From Bosea thiooxidans (GTDB lineage Bacteria; Pseudomonadota; Alphaproteobacteria; Rhizobiales; Beijerinckiaceae): a stretch of 64,000 nt of DNA. Every line of letters starts with the position of its first letter. The first letter of the stretch is position 1. A model generated the notes under the pieces. It did not search any database. It was not told the origin of the DNA and was given only the letters and a program-made list of their open reading frames with translations. A program made the translations under genes and the position numbers. Positions 45,320 to 54,976 of the stretch are shown one piece after another. Location of the stretch: assembly GCA_943372485.1 (NCBI GenBank), contig CALRYW010000007.1, positions 4,936 to 68,935 on the forward strand, given 5' to 3'.

Positions 45320-45751
45320 GTGCAGTCCGACCTGCGGCCCGCCCGCCCCCAGATCATCCATGCGCGCTACCCGGTCTTCATCCTCGACATTGCCAGGACG
45401 CAAACCGCCTGCCGAAACGTCGCCGAGATCGTGGCGCATTTTCGCCGGTTGATCGAGCGGCACCCCTGCGCCCGCTTTCTCGGCGTGTTCGACCACATGG
45501 CCCATACGCGCGCCCTGCCGGATGGCGAAATCGCCGAGGGAATCCTCGACGCCCAGAACGTCGTGTTCTGCTTCGGCATGTCGATCCCCAATCCGGAGAT
45601 CCTGGCGCTGCGACCCCGCTCGATCGGCATCGCGGAACTGGCGGACCGGTTCGTCGTCAGCTTCCTCGAAACCCCGATGCCCCTGGCGAACTCCGCCATG
45701 GAAACCTGGACGCAGGCCCTGCTCGTCTCTCCGCAGCCTGGCTCCGGCTAG
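45320..45751 (+). CDS. Conserved hypothetical protein, DUF6858-like
   Basis: GTG start; YPVFILDI...FDHMAHT...NVVFCFG...LALRPRSIGIAE...SFLETP; family recalled from memory. Confidence 0.65.
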   Translation: MQSDLRPARPQIIHARYPVFILDIARTQTACRNVAEIVAHFRRLIERHPCARFLGVFDHMAHTRALPDGEIAEGILDAQNVVFCFGMSIPNPEILALRPRSIGIAELADRFVVSFLETPMPLANSAMETWTQALLVSPQPGSG

Positions 45752-45775
45752 GAAAACGAGCGGCCCTGTTCGCGA

Positions 45776-45789
45776 TTGCGATTACGCAA
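45776..45789. promoter_or_regulatory. Crp/Fnr-type box TTGCG-N4-CGCAA, copy 2
   Basis: TTGCGATTACGCAA ~98 nt upstream of the cydA start. Confidence 0.75.
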
Positions 45790-45886
45790 TGCGACGGGGC
45801 CGCGATCGGTCTTTCGTATCGGGGCGACACACGCCGAGGCCGAACCAACTGGCCGAAGCGAGCCGCTCTCGAGGAGCCCTCCTTCC

Positions 45887-47479
45887 ATGATCGACCCGAC
45901 CTTCGTCGAGCTATCCCGGTGGCAGTTCGCCGCGGTGGCCATGTACCACTTCATTTTCGTTCCGCTGACACTGGGCCTGAGCTGGATCCTGGTGATCATG
46001 GAGTCGGTCTATGTGATGACCGGCAAGGAGATCTACCGCGACATGTCGCGGTTCTGGACCAAGCTCTTCGCGATCAACTTCGCGCTCGGCGTCACCACCG
46101 GCCTGACCATGGAATTTCAGTTCGGGATGAACTGGGCCTACTACTCGCATTACGTCGGCGACATCTTCGGCGCCCCGCTGGCGATCGAAGGTCTCATGGC
46201 CTTCTTCCTCGAATCGACCTTTGTCGGCCTGCTCCTGCTCGGGCGTGACCGCCTCAGCAAGCGGCGCTACCTCGCCGTCGTCTTTGCGACCGCGCTCGGT
46301 ACCAACCTGTCCGCGCTCTGGATCCTGGTCGCCAATGGCTGGATGCAGAACCCCGTCGGGGCCGAGTTCTCGGCCGAGACGATGCGCATGGAGATGACCG
46401 ACTTCGCCGCGGTGCTGTTCAACCCCGTGGCCCAGGTCAAGTTCATCCACACCGTCGCGGCCGGCTATGTCACGGCCTCGATGTTCGTGATCGGCATCTC
46501 GGCCTGGTACATCCTGAAGGGCCGCGACCTCGCCTTCGCCAAGCGCTCCTTCGCGGTGGCGGCCGGTTTTGGCCTGGCCTCCTCGCTGTCGGTGATCGTG
46601 CTCGGCGACGAGAGCGGCTACGAGCTCGGCGACGTGCAGAAGATGAAGCTCGCCGCGATCGAGGCCGAGTGGCACACGCAGCCGGCGCCGGCGAACTTCA
46701 ACCTCTTCGCCCTGCCGGACCAGGACAAACGCGAAAACCGCTACGAGGTGCAGATCCCCTGGGCGCTCGGCCTGATCGCGACGCGTTCGGTCGACAAGCA
46801 GGTTCCCGGCATCACGGAGCTGGTCGCGAAGAACGAGCAGCGCGTCCGTTCGGGTATCCTCGCCTATGGCGCGCTCGAGAAGCTTCGCGCGGGCGACAGC
46901 TCCGCCGAGACCAAGGCCGTCTTCAACGACCACAAGAAGGACCTCGGCTACGGGCTGATGCTGAAGCGCTATGTCGAGGATCCGGCGACCGCGACGGAGC
47001 AGCAGATCGCGACGACGGCCTGGGACAGCGTCCCGCATGTGCCCTATCTGTTCTGGAGCTTCCGGATCATGGTCGCCTTCGGCTTCACCATGCTCGGGCT
47101 GTTCGGCCTGTCCTTCTACCATCTCGCCCGCGGCACGATCGAACGGCAGCGCTGGCTCCTGCGCCTGCTGGTCTGGAGCATCCCGCTTCCCTGGCTCGCC
47201 AGCGAACTCGGCTGGTTCGTCGCCGAATATGGCCGCCAGCCCTGGGCGATCGGCGAGGTCCTGCCGACTTTCCTCGCCACATCGGCCCTGACGGTCACCG
47301 ATCTGATCGTGTCGATGAGCGTCTATCTCGTCTTCTACACGCTGCTGCTGGTCATCGAAGTCTATCTCATGGTCCGCTTCGTCCGGCTCGGCCCCAGCTC
47401 GCTGCATACGGGCCGCTATCACCACGAGCAGACCGATCCGCCCTCGCCCGTCCCGCCTCGCCTCGTCGCGGCCGAATGA
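45887..47479 (+). CDS. cydA: Cytochrome bd ubiquinol oxidase subunit I (long Q-loop type)
   Basis: LSRWQFA..MYHFIFVPLT, MEFQFG, QKMKLAAIE, AEYGRQPW; start trimmed to MIDPTF. Confidence 0.97.
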   Translation: MIDPTFVELSRWQFAAVAMYHFIFVPLTLGLSWILVIMESVYVMTGKEIYRDMSRFWTKLFAINFALGVTTGLTMEFQFGMNWAYYSHYVGDIFGAPLAIEGLMAFFLESTFVGLLLLGRDRLSKRRYLAVVFATALGTNLSALWILVANGWMQNPVGAEFSAETMRMEMTDFAAVLFNPVAQVKFIHTVAAGYVTASMFVIGISAWYILKGRDLAFAKRSFAVAAGFGLASSLSVIVLGDESGYELGDVQKMKLAAIEAEWHTQPAPANFNLFALPDQDKRENRYEVQIPWALGLIATRSVDKQVPGITELVAKNEQRVRSGILAYGALEKLRAGDSSAETKAVFNDHKKDLGYGLMLKRYVEDPATATEQQIATTAWDSVPHVPYLFWSFRIMVAFGFTMLGLFGLSFYHLARGTIERQRWLLRLLVWSIPLPWLASELGWFVAEYGRQPWAIGEVLPTFLATSALTVTDLIVSMSVYLVFYTLLLVIEVYLMVRFVRLGPSSLHTGRYHHEQTDPPSPVPPRLVAAE

Positions 47480-47507
47480 GCGCATTCCCCTTCCGAGGAG
47501 CAAGACG

Positions 47508-48659
47508 ATGCTCGACTATGAAAGCCTGAAACTGATCTGGTGGGTCCTTGTGGGCGCTCTGCTGATCGGCTTCGCCATCACCGACGGCATGGATATGGGC
47601 GTCGGCATGTTGCTGCCCTTCCTCGGCCGCAACGACAATGAACGGCGCGTCATCATCAACACGATCGGGCCGCACTGGGACGGCAACCAAGTCTGGCTGA
47701 TCACCGCCGGCGGCGCCATTTTCGCCGCCTGGCCGGCCGTCTACGCCGCTGCCTTCTCCGGTTTCTATCTGGCGATGCTGCTCGTCCTCGTCGCCCTGTT
47801 CTTTCGCCCGGTCGGCTTCGACTACCGCAGCAAGATCGACAATCCGACCTGGCGCAACGCCTGGGACTGGGGGCTGTTCGTGGGCGGGCTGATCCCGGCG
47901 CTGATCTTCGGCGTCGCCTTCGGCAATCTGCTGCAGGGCGTGCCCTTCCACCTCGATCGTTTCCTGAGGCCGCACTACGAAGGCTCCTTCATCTGGGCCC
48001 TGCTGCCGCTGCTCAACCCCTTCGCCCTGCTCGCCGGGCTAATCAGCGTCGGCATGCTGGCATTGCATGGCGCGATCTGGCTGCAGATGCGCACCGATGA
48101 CGTGGTGGCCGCACGGGCGCGGGCGCTGGTGCCGATGCTCGCCATCGGCGTCTCCGCCCTCTTCGCGCTGGGTGGATTGTGGGTCTGGCTCGGCATCGAT
48201 GGCTACCGGATCGTCTCCCAGCCGCCGCTGTCGGCCCTGCCCAACCCGCTCGCCAAGGAGGTGGTGCGTGCGTCTGGCGCCTGGTTCGACGTGTACCGCA
48301 ACTGGCCCGTCGCCCTCATCGTACCCCTGATCGGTCTCGTCGCGCCGCTTCTCGCCGCCGGCCTGTCGCGGCTGAACAGGCCCGGTCTCGGCTTCACCCT
48401 GAGTGGGTTCGGCCTGGCCGGGATCATCGGCACCGCCGGGCTGTCGCTGTTTCCCTTCATCATGCCGTCCAGCACGCACCCCTCCTCCAGCCTGACGATC
48501 TGGGACGCCGCCTCCAGCCACATGACCCTGAAGATCATGTTCTGGGCCGTGGTGATCCTGCTGCCGATCGTGCTCGCCTACACGGTCTGGGCCTATGTCC
48601 AGATGTGGGGAAAGGTCACCGTCGCCGACATCGAAGCGCGCAAGCACCAGGCCTACTGA
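47508..48659 (+). CDS. cydB: Cytochrome bd ubiquinol oxidase subunit II
   Basis: TDGMDMGVG, IGPHWDGNQVWL, FRPVGFDYR, SLTIWDAASS. Confidence 0.97.
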   Translation: MLDYESLKLIWWVLVGALLIGFAITDGMDMGVGMLLPFLGRNDNERRVIINTIGPHWDGNQVWLITAGGAIFAAWPAVYAAAFSGFYLAMLLVLVALFFRPVGFDYRSKIDNPTWRNAWDWGLFVGGLIPALIFGVAFGNLLQGVPFHLDRFLRPHYEGSFIWALLPLLNPFALLAGLISVGMLALHGAIWLQMRTDDVVAARARALVPMLAIGVSALFALGGLWVWLGIDGYRIVSQPPLSALPNPLAKEVVRASGAWFDVYRNWPVALIVPLIGLVAPLLAAGLSRLNRPGLGFTLSGFGLAGIIGTAGLSLFPFIMPSSTHPSSSLTIWDAASSHMTLKIMFWAVVILLPIVLAYTVWAYVQMWGKVTVADIEARKHQAY

Positions 48660-48676
48660 GCCGAAAGGAACCCGCC

Positions 48677-48877
48677 ATGTGGTATTTCGCCTGGATTCTC
48701 GGTGTCACGGCCGCCCTCGCCATCGCCGTCATCAACGTCATGTGGTTCGAATTCCAGAACGAATTCGAGACGCGCGACACCGCGCTGCTGGGCGCCGACG
48801 AGACGCGCGAGGGCGCGCCACAGGCCGTGGACTCCGCGCCGCGGCTTGTGGGGCCTACGGCAGCCAGCGGCCGCTGA
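48677..48877 (+). CDS. cydX: Cytochrome bd small subunit CydX with C-terminal extension
   Basis: MWYFAWILG signature; 66 aa; AAGGAA RBS-like site upstream. Confidence 0.88.
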   Translation: MWYFAWILGVTAALAIAVINVMWFEFQNEFETRDTALLGADETREGAPQAVDSAPRLVGPTAASGR

Positions 48878-48946
48878 CGGTCGCCGGTCGGTAGGCTTCG
48901 CGGATCGCGGCGCCGCGGCGAAGAGCATCAACCGAATGGCATCCTC

Positions 48947-50647
48947 GTGAGATCCTCCCCGAACGACCTCGCCTTTCTCCAGCGCCTGCGTCCCCTGGCG
49001 GCCCGCGAGCTGCGCCTCGCGCTCCTCGCCGGCGCGCTGGTGGGGGCGATGGTCGTGCTCCAGGCCTGGTGGGTCGCGGGCATCCTCGACCGGGCACTGG
49101 TCGGCCGGGAGCCGTTCGAGGTTCTGATCCTGCCCTTCGCCATCCTGCTCGGCATCGTGACGCTGCGCGCCGTCGCGGCCTTCGCCGCCGACCGGTTCGG
49201 CTTTGCCGCCGCGATGCGGGTGGTGCCGGCGCTGCGCCGCGCCCTGCTCGGCAAGCTCGGCCGGGTCGGGCCATCGGGGGCCGCGGCGCTCCCGCCGGGT
49301 GAGATCGTCTCGGCGCTGTCGGATGGCGTGCGCGCCGTCGAGCCCTTCTTCTCGCGCTACCTGCCGGCGACCGCGCAGGCGGCGATGCTGCCCACCGGCA
49401 TCCTTCTCGTCGTGGCGCCGCTGGATTGGCTGTCGGCGCTCGTCTTCCTGGTCACCGCCCCGCTGATCCCGCTGTTCATGGTCCTGATCGGCAAGGGCGC
49501 CGAAGCGCTCAACCAACGGCAATGGCTGCGGCTGCAGCGCATGTCCGGCCATTTCCTCGACGCGGTGCAGGGCCTCGCCACCATCAAGGCCTTCGGAGCC
49601 GGGGCCCGGATGGTCACCGAGGTCGGCGCCACGGCCGAGCGCTACCGGCGCGACACGATGGCGGTGCTGCGGATCGCCTTTCTGTCGTCGCTGACGCTCG
49701 AATTCTTTTCGACGGTCGCGATCGCGATCATTGCCGTTTTGATCGGCTTCCGGCTGCTCTGGGGCGACCTCGACTATCGCACCGGCCTGTTCATCCTGCT
49801 GCTGGCGCCGGAATTCTATGGTCCGCTGCGGACGATGGGCACCGCCTATCATGCCCGCATGGAGGCGCTGGGGGCCGCGTCCCGGCTGGTCGCGCTCGAC
49901 GCCCTGCCGGAGCCGGTGGTCGCCGGGGGAATGCTCAGGCCCGCATTCGGCAGGGGCGTCGCGATCCGTTTCGAGGATGTTCACCTGACCTATGACGACG
50001 GCCGCATGGCGCTGCAGGGCGTCAGTTTTGCGATCGAGCCCGGAGAGGCCGTCGCCTTTGCGGGACCCTCCGGCGCCGGCAAATCCAGCATCCAGGCCCT
50101 GTTGCTCGGCTTCGTCAGCCCGACCAGCGGCCGCATCCTGATCGACGGCCATCCGCTCGACAGGCTCGATCCGGCGCATTGGCGCCGCCATCTCGGTTTC
50201 ATGCCGCAACGGCCAAAGCTCTTCGCCACTTCGGTGCGCGGCAATATCGCGCCGGGCGAGGCCGATCCGGATGACAGCGCCATCCTCGGGGCCGCCGCAC
50301 ATGCGGGCGTCGCCGGGGTGATCGCCAGACTGCCGCAGGGGTTCGACACGGCGATCGGCAATGGCGGGCGCCAGTTGTCGGGCGGTCAGGAGAGCCGCAT
50401 CGCCCTGGCGCGCCTCTTCTACCGGGATGCGCCGCTCGTCCTGCTGGACGAACCGACCGCCCATCTCGACGATGACAGCGAAGCCCTGATCCACGCGGCC
50501 ATCGCGCAGCTGAAGGGGCAGCGGACCCTTCTGGTCAATGCGCACCGGCCGGCGAGCCTCGCACTGGCCGACAGGATCATCCGGGTCGAGGCGGGTCGCG
50601 TCGCGGTTGGAGAGGCCGAGCCTGCGGAGGCGGCCAGCCCATGCTAA
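48947..50647 (+). CDS. cydD: Thiol/heme ABC exporter subunit CydD
   Basis: PFFSRYLP, TAPLIPLFMVLIG, LLLAPEFYGPLR, GPSGAGKS, LSGGQ. Confidence 0.93.
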   Translation: MRSSPNDLAFLQRLRPLAARELRLALLAGALVGAMVVLQAWWVAGILDRALVGREPFEVLILPFAILLGIVTLRAVAAFAADRFGFAAAMRVVPALRRALLGKLGRVGPSGAAALPPGEIVSALSDGVRAVEPFFSRYLPATAQAAMLPTGILLVVAPLDWLSALVFLVTAPLIPLFMVLIGKGAEALNQRQWLRLQRMSGHFLDAVQGLATIKAFGAGARMVTEVGATAERYRRDTMAVLRIAFLSSLTLEFFSTVAIAIIAVLIGFRLLWGDLDYRTGLFILLLAPEFYGPLRTMGTAYHARMEALGAASRLVALDALPEPVVAGGMLRPAFGRGVAIRFEDVHLTYDDGRMALQGVSFAIEPGEAVAFAGPSGAGKSSIQALLLGFVSPTSGRILIDGHPLDRLDPAHWRRHLGFMPQRPKLFATSVRGNIAPGEADPDDSAILGAAAHAGVAGVIARLPQGFDTAIGNGGRQLSGGQESRIALARLFYRDAPLVLLDEPTAHLDDDSEALIHAAIAQLKGQRTLLVNAHRPASLALADRIIRVEAGRVAVGEAEPAEAASPC

Positions 50648-52305
50648 CGCTGGGCAGGATCGGGCCGCTGCTGCGGCCGCTGGCCGGCTGGATCGCGCTG
50701 GCCATCGGCCTCGCTGCGCTGGCGATGCTGGCCAATATCGCGCTGCTGGCCCTATCGGGCTGGTTCATCACCGCCATGGCCATGGCCGGGCTGGCGGGCG
50801 TCTCGATGAACTATTTCACACCGGGCGCCACGATCCGCGCATTGGCGATGACGCGCACCGCGGGCCGCTATGCCGAGCGCGTGGTCGGTCATGAGGCGAC
50901 ACTGCGCGTCGTGGCGACGTTGCGACCCTGGCTGTTCGAGCGGCTGCTGCCGCTCGCACCGGCGGCCCTCGCCGATCTGCGTGACGGTGACCTGCTGTCG
51001 CGGCTGCGGGGCGATGTCGACCGGCTCGAACTGGTGGTGCTGCGCGTCGTCGCGCCCATTGCCGTCGCCGGCATCGTTTTGGCGGTCGGCCTCGGCTGGC
51101 TCGCCGTCGCCCATGCGGCCATTGCCGCTGTCGTGGCCCCGCTGCTGGCGGTGGGAGGGCTCCTGGTGCCGCTGGCGGCCCAGCGCTACGGCGCCGGTGC
51201 CGCCGCGCGGCTGGCGGAAGGCCAGGCACGGCTCGCCGCGACGCTGGTCGATCACGTCGAGGGTTTGGCGGAACTCACGATCTACGACCCGCAGGAGCGG
51301 CATGTCGCGCGGCTGCTGGCGGAGAGTGACACGATTCTGGGCGACGAGATCCGGCTGGCGAACGCGACCGCCTTCGCCGGCGCGATGGTCGGCTTCTGCG
51401 CCCATCTCGCTCTGGTCGCGGCGATGGCCACGGCGATCGCGGGTTTCGCCGCGGGCGCGCTGACGGCCCCGCAGGTGCCCATGCTCGCCTTGTTATCGCT
51501 CGCCCTGTTCGAGGCGGTGGCGCCGCTGCCGCTCGCCGTTCAATCCCTCCCGGCGGTTCGGGCGTCGATGCAGCGCCTGGCGGCGGTGACCGAGCGCGAG
51601 CCTCCCGTGTCGGAACCGGCCGCGCCGATCGCGCCGCCGGCTTCCGGCGTCTTGCGCTTCGAGCGGGTCGGCCTGCGCTATCCCGGCACCGAGGATTTCG
51701 CCCTGAGGGATATCGACCTCGCGCTTGCGCCCGGCCTGATGCTCGGGGTCGCCGGCCCGAGCGGAGCCGGCAAGTCCAGTCTCATAGCCCTGGCCATGCG
51801 GTTCGTGCCGGAGAGCGAAGGGCGCATCACCTTCGCCGGCACGGCGCTCTCGGCCTTCGACGGCGATGCCTGGCGCCAGCGTATCGCGCTGCTGCCGCAG
51901 GATGCTCCTCTTCTCGCCGCGACCATCCGCGCCAATCTGCAACTCGCCGCGCCCGATGCGGGCGAGGCCGAGATGAAGGCCGCCTGCGAGCTGGCCGGCA
52001 TCATGCCCTTCGTGCTGCAGCAGCCTGCCGGGCTGGACACCTTCGTCGGCGCCCATGGCACGAAGGTCTCCGGAGGCGAGGCCCGGCGGATCGCGCTGGC
52101 GCGGGCCCTGCTCAAACCTGCGCCGATCCTGATTCTGGACGAACCGACCGAAGGGCTGGAACAGCAGGCGGCCATGGCCCTGTTGCAGCGCCTGCGCCGC
52201 GTGCGCGCCATGCAGGCGATCCTCGTCATCAGCCATGACGAGGCCGTCCTGAGCGCCTGCGATACGACGCTGCGTCTTGTCGCAGGACGCATGCTTGCGC
52301 ACTGA
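50641..52305 (+). CDS. cydC: Thiol/heme ABC exporter subunit CydC
   Basis: LLALSGWFIT, RTAGRYAERVVGHEATLR, GDLLSRL..DVD, VSGGEARR. Confidence 0.93.
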   Translation: MLTLGRIGPLLRPLAGWIALAIGLAALAMLANIALLALSGWFITAMAMAGLAGVSMNYFTPGATIRALAMTRTAGRYAERVVGHEATLRVVATLRPWLFERLLPLAPAALADLRDGDLLSRLRGDVDRLELVVLRVVAPIAVAGIVLAVGLGWLAVAHAAIAAVVAPLLAVGGLLVPLAAQRYGAGAAARLAEGQARLAATLVDHVEGLAELTIYDPQERHVARLLAESDTILGDEIRLANATAFAGAMVGFCAHLALVAAMATAIAGFAAGALTAPQVPMLALLSLALFEAVAPLPLAVQSLPAVRASMQRLAAVTEREPPVSEPAAPIAPPASGVLRFERVGLRYPGTEDFALRDIDLALAPGLMLGVAGPSGAGKSSLIALAMRFVPESEGRITFAGTALSAFDGDAWRQRIALLPQDAPLLAATIRANLQLAAPDAGEAEMKAACELAGIMPFVLQQPAGLDTFVGAHGTKVSGGEARRIALARALLKPAPILILDEPTEGLEQQAAMALLQRLRRVRAMQAILVISHDEAVLSACDTTLRLVAGRMLAH

Positions 52306-53057
52306 TGGGCGCTCGGGACAATGCTGTCGGCAATCGGCGCGGGAGACGGTGGGTGAAGCGAGTCGGCGCGACGGAAGCCTGGACCGGCACGGCTGATTGT
52401 CGCCTCTGCGCGATCCGCGGCTCAGTGCTGTTCGCCGGCCTGAAGGAGGACGATTTCGAGCGGTTCCACCGGCCCATCGACCAGTCCGTTTATGGAGCCG
52501 GCGCCACCATCTACGCCATGGGTGACCCCGCGACATCGCTGTTCACGATCCGCTCCGGCCTGGTCAAGCTCACGCAGTTCCTGCCGGACGGCACGCAGCG
52601 CATCGTGCGGCTCCTGCGCAGCACCGACCTGATCGGGCTTGAGGCGCTGATCGACAGCGAATACCCGCACACCGCCACCGCGCTTCAGCCGACCGAGATC
52701 TGCCGTCTGCCGGTGGAGTTCGTGCGGTCGCTCTCCCACAGCAATGCCCAGCTCTTCAACGAGCTGATGGCGCGCTGGCACAAGGCCCTGAGCAATGCAG
52801 ACCGCTGGATCACCGAATTCTCGACCGGCTCGTCGCGGGACCGGGTCGTGCGTCTCCTGCTCTGGCTCGCGGAGGCGCGCGGCGACGAGCGCTGCGAGTT
52901 GTTCAGCCGCGAGGACCTCGGTGCGGTGCTGGGACTGACCACAGAGACCGCGAGCCGGACGATGGCGGAGCTGAAGCGGCAGGGCTTCATCTCGGAACCG
53001 CGCGTGAACCAGTTCCTGTGCGACATGCCCAGCCTACGCCGGCTGCTCGACGCCTGA
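52305..53057 (+). CDS. Crp/Fnr-family regulator with N-terminal CxxC
   Basis: CRLC, cNMP-like domain (IRSGLVKL, DLIGLE), HTH SREDLGAVLGLTTETASRTM. Confidence 0.9.
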   Translation: MGARDNAVGNRRGRRWVKRVGATEAWTGTADCRLCAIRGSVLFAGLKEDDFERFHRPIDQSVYGAGATIYAMGDPATSLFTIRSGLVKLTQFLPDGTQRIVRLLRSTDLIGLEALIDSEYPHTATALQPTEICRLPVEFVRSLSHSNAQLFNELMARWHKALSNADRWITEFSTGSSRDRVVRLLLWLAEARGDERCELFSREDLGAVLGLTTETASRTMAELKRQGFISEPRVNQFLCDMPSLRRLLDA

Positions 53058-53065
53058 CCGACGTC

Positions 53066-53085
53066 GCTTCGACCAAAGTCGAAGC
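53066..53085 (+). terminator. Stem-loop after the Crp/Fnr gene
   Basis: GCTTCGAC-CAAA-GTCGAAGC; no U-tract. Confidence 0.35.
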
Positions 53086-53112
53086 CCGCCGGACCGGGCC
53101 GCCGACAGCCTA

Positions 53113-53126
53113 TTGCGAATTGTCAT
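53113..53126. promoter_or_regulatory. Degenerate Crp/Fnr-type box upstream of the SQR gene
   Basis: TTGCG-AATT-GTCAT ~98 nt upstream of the ATG at 53225, matching the spacing of copies 1 and 2. Confidence 0.45.
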
Positions 53127-53224
53127 TTCGACCGCGGCTCCACAGGCGCAGGAAGCGCGGGCGGGATGGATTCGAACCGGCCCGCCAATCGCTCCAGAAC
53201 GGGAAGCGGATTCGGGAGGGCCCC

Positions 53225-54547
53225 ATGGCATCATCGACGGAACGGGATCTGACGCGCCGCAGCGCTCTGAGGCTGGCGCTCGCCGGCGCCGCTGCCGCCG
53301 GGTGGGCGCGCCCCGGGGAAGCGGCGGCCAAGGTCGCGACGAAGGCCCGCATCGTGATCGCAGGCGCGGGCGCCGCGGGCTTGGCCGCCGCATCTCGGCT
53401 CACCCAGCGGCTCGACGGCGCGCAGATCACGATCATCGACGCGCGCCGCGCCCATTTCTATCAGCCCGGCTTCACGCTGATCGCCGCCGGGCTCAAGCCG
53501 AAGAGCTACGCGATCGGGGCCACACGTGACTATGTCGCGCCCGGGGCGACCCTCGTGGAGGACCGGGTGGTCGCCTTCGATCCCGAGTCGAACGTCGTCG
53601 TGACCGCTGGCGGCCAGCGCTTCGCCTATGACTTTCTGATCGTCGCCACCGGACTCCAGCTCGACTATGCCGCGATCGAGGGCATGGACACGCGGCTGAT
53701 CGGCATCGACGGCATCGGGTCGGTCTATGGCGGCCCCGACGCCGCCGAGGCGACCTGGGGGGAGCTGGCGCGCTTCGTCGAACGCGGTGGCGTGGGCCTG
53801 TTCCACCGTCCCGAGACCGAGATGAAATGCGCGGGTGCACCGCTGAAATACGCCTTCATCGCCGATGATCGGCTGCGCCGCGCGCGGACACGCCGCAAGG
53901 CGGAGCTGATCTATGCTGCCCAGAACAAGGCGCTCTTCAGTGTCCCGATCGTCTCGGAGAAGGTGCGCATGTTGTTCGAGCAGCGGCAGATTCGGATGGC
54001 CCATGACCATGTCATGACGGCGATCGATCCGGTGCGGCGCATCGCCACCTTCAAGACCCCGCAGGGCCGCACCGAGATCGGCTATGATTTCGTCAACGTC
54101 ATCCCGCCGATGCGCGCGCCCGATCCGGTGCGATCCAGCGCCCTGGCCTGGCAGAGCGGGATCTTCGCCGCCGATGGCTGGATGGAGGTCGATCCCGCGA
54201 CGTTGCGCCACCGGCGCTTCGCCAACGTCTTCGGCATCGGCGATGTCGCGGGCGTGCCCAAGGGAAAGACTGCCGCAAGCGTCAAATGGCAGGTGCCCGT
54301 GGCGGTTGACCATCTGGTGGCGAGCCTCCAGGGCCGCGTCTCCGAGGCCGCCTATAACGGCTACACCTCCTGCCCGCTGATCACCCGGATCGGCCGGGCG
54401 ATGCTGGTCGAGTTCGACTACGAGAACAACCTGACCCCATCCTTCCCGGGCGTGATCGCACCGCTGGAGGAGCTCTGGGTGTCCTGGGTGATGAAGGACA
54501 TCGCCCTCAAGCCGACCTATCTCGCCATGCTCCGCGGCCAGGCTTGA
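53225..54547 (+). CDS. sqr: Tat-exported sulfide:quinone oxidoreductase-family flavoprotein
   Basis: LTRRSAL twin-arginine signal; IAGAGAAG FAD motif, HFYQPG, MKCAGAPLK, GIGDVAG, YNGYTSCPL. Confidence 0.8.
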   Translation: MASSTERDLTRRSALRLALAGAAAAGWARPGEAAAKVATKARIVIAGAGAAGLAAASRLTQRLDGAQITIIDARRAHFYQPGFTLIAAGLKPKSYAIGATRDYVAPGATLVEDRVVAFDPESNVVVTAGGQRFAYDFLIVATGLQLDYAAIEGMDTRLIGIDGIGSVYGGPDAAEATWGELARFVERGGVGLFHRPETEMKCAGAPLKYAFIADDRLRRARTRRKAELIYAAQNKALFSVPIVSEKVRMLFEQRQIRMAHDHVMTAIDPVRRIATFKTPQGRTEIGYDFVNVIPPMRAPDPVRSSALAWQSGIFAADGWMEVDPATLRHRRFANVFGIGDVAGVPKGKTAASVKWQVPVAVDHLVASLQGRVSEAAYNGYTSCPLITRIGRAMLVEFDYENNLTPSFPGVIAPLEELWVSWVMKDIALKPTYLAMLRGQA

Positions 54548-54571
54548 GCCGCGCTCACCAGGAGATCTTCG

Positions 54572-54937
54572 ATGCAACAGATCGACCCCATGGTATTTGT
54601 AGCGGTCTTCCAGGAGATGCTCGGCTTCGCCTTCTGGCCGCTCGTCGGATTCATCCTGCTCATGCTCTTCGCGGTGGCCGGCATCGTGATCCGCGACGGC
54701 CGGATCTCGCCCCGTCGTCTGGTCTACGCCCAGGTGCTCGGCGCCTTGGGCGGCGTCCTCGCTGTCTGGGCCATGCTCTGGTTCACCAGTTCGCGCGCCA
54801 CCGATCTCCTTGGCGGCCCGATCGACTGGCTGCTGACGCTCGCCATCGCCGCCGCCGGCGTGATCGGCGGAGCGATGATCGTCTATGTCGCGCTCTCCTT
54901 CGGCCCCACCTCCGCGCGCCGCAGTCCGGCCCCCTGA
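54572..54937 (+). CDS. Small membrane protein, DUF5368-like
   Basis: Three TM helices; FVAVFQEM, GGPIDW; directly after the SQR gene. Confidence 0.7.
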   Translation: MQQIDPMVFVAVFQEMLGFAFWPLVGFILLMLFAVAGIVIRDGRISPRRLVYAQVLGALGGVLAVWAMLWFTSSRATDLLGGPIDWLLTLAIAAAGVIGGAMIVYVALSFGPTSARRSPAP

Positions 54938-54976
54938 GCGACGGCCTTCGCCAGCTCCTCAATCCCGGAGACAGAC

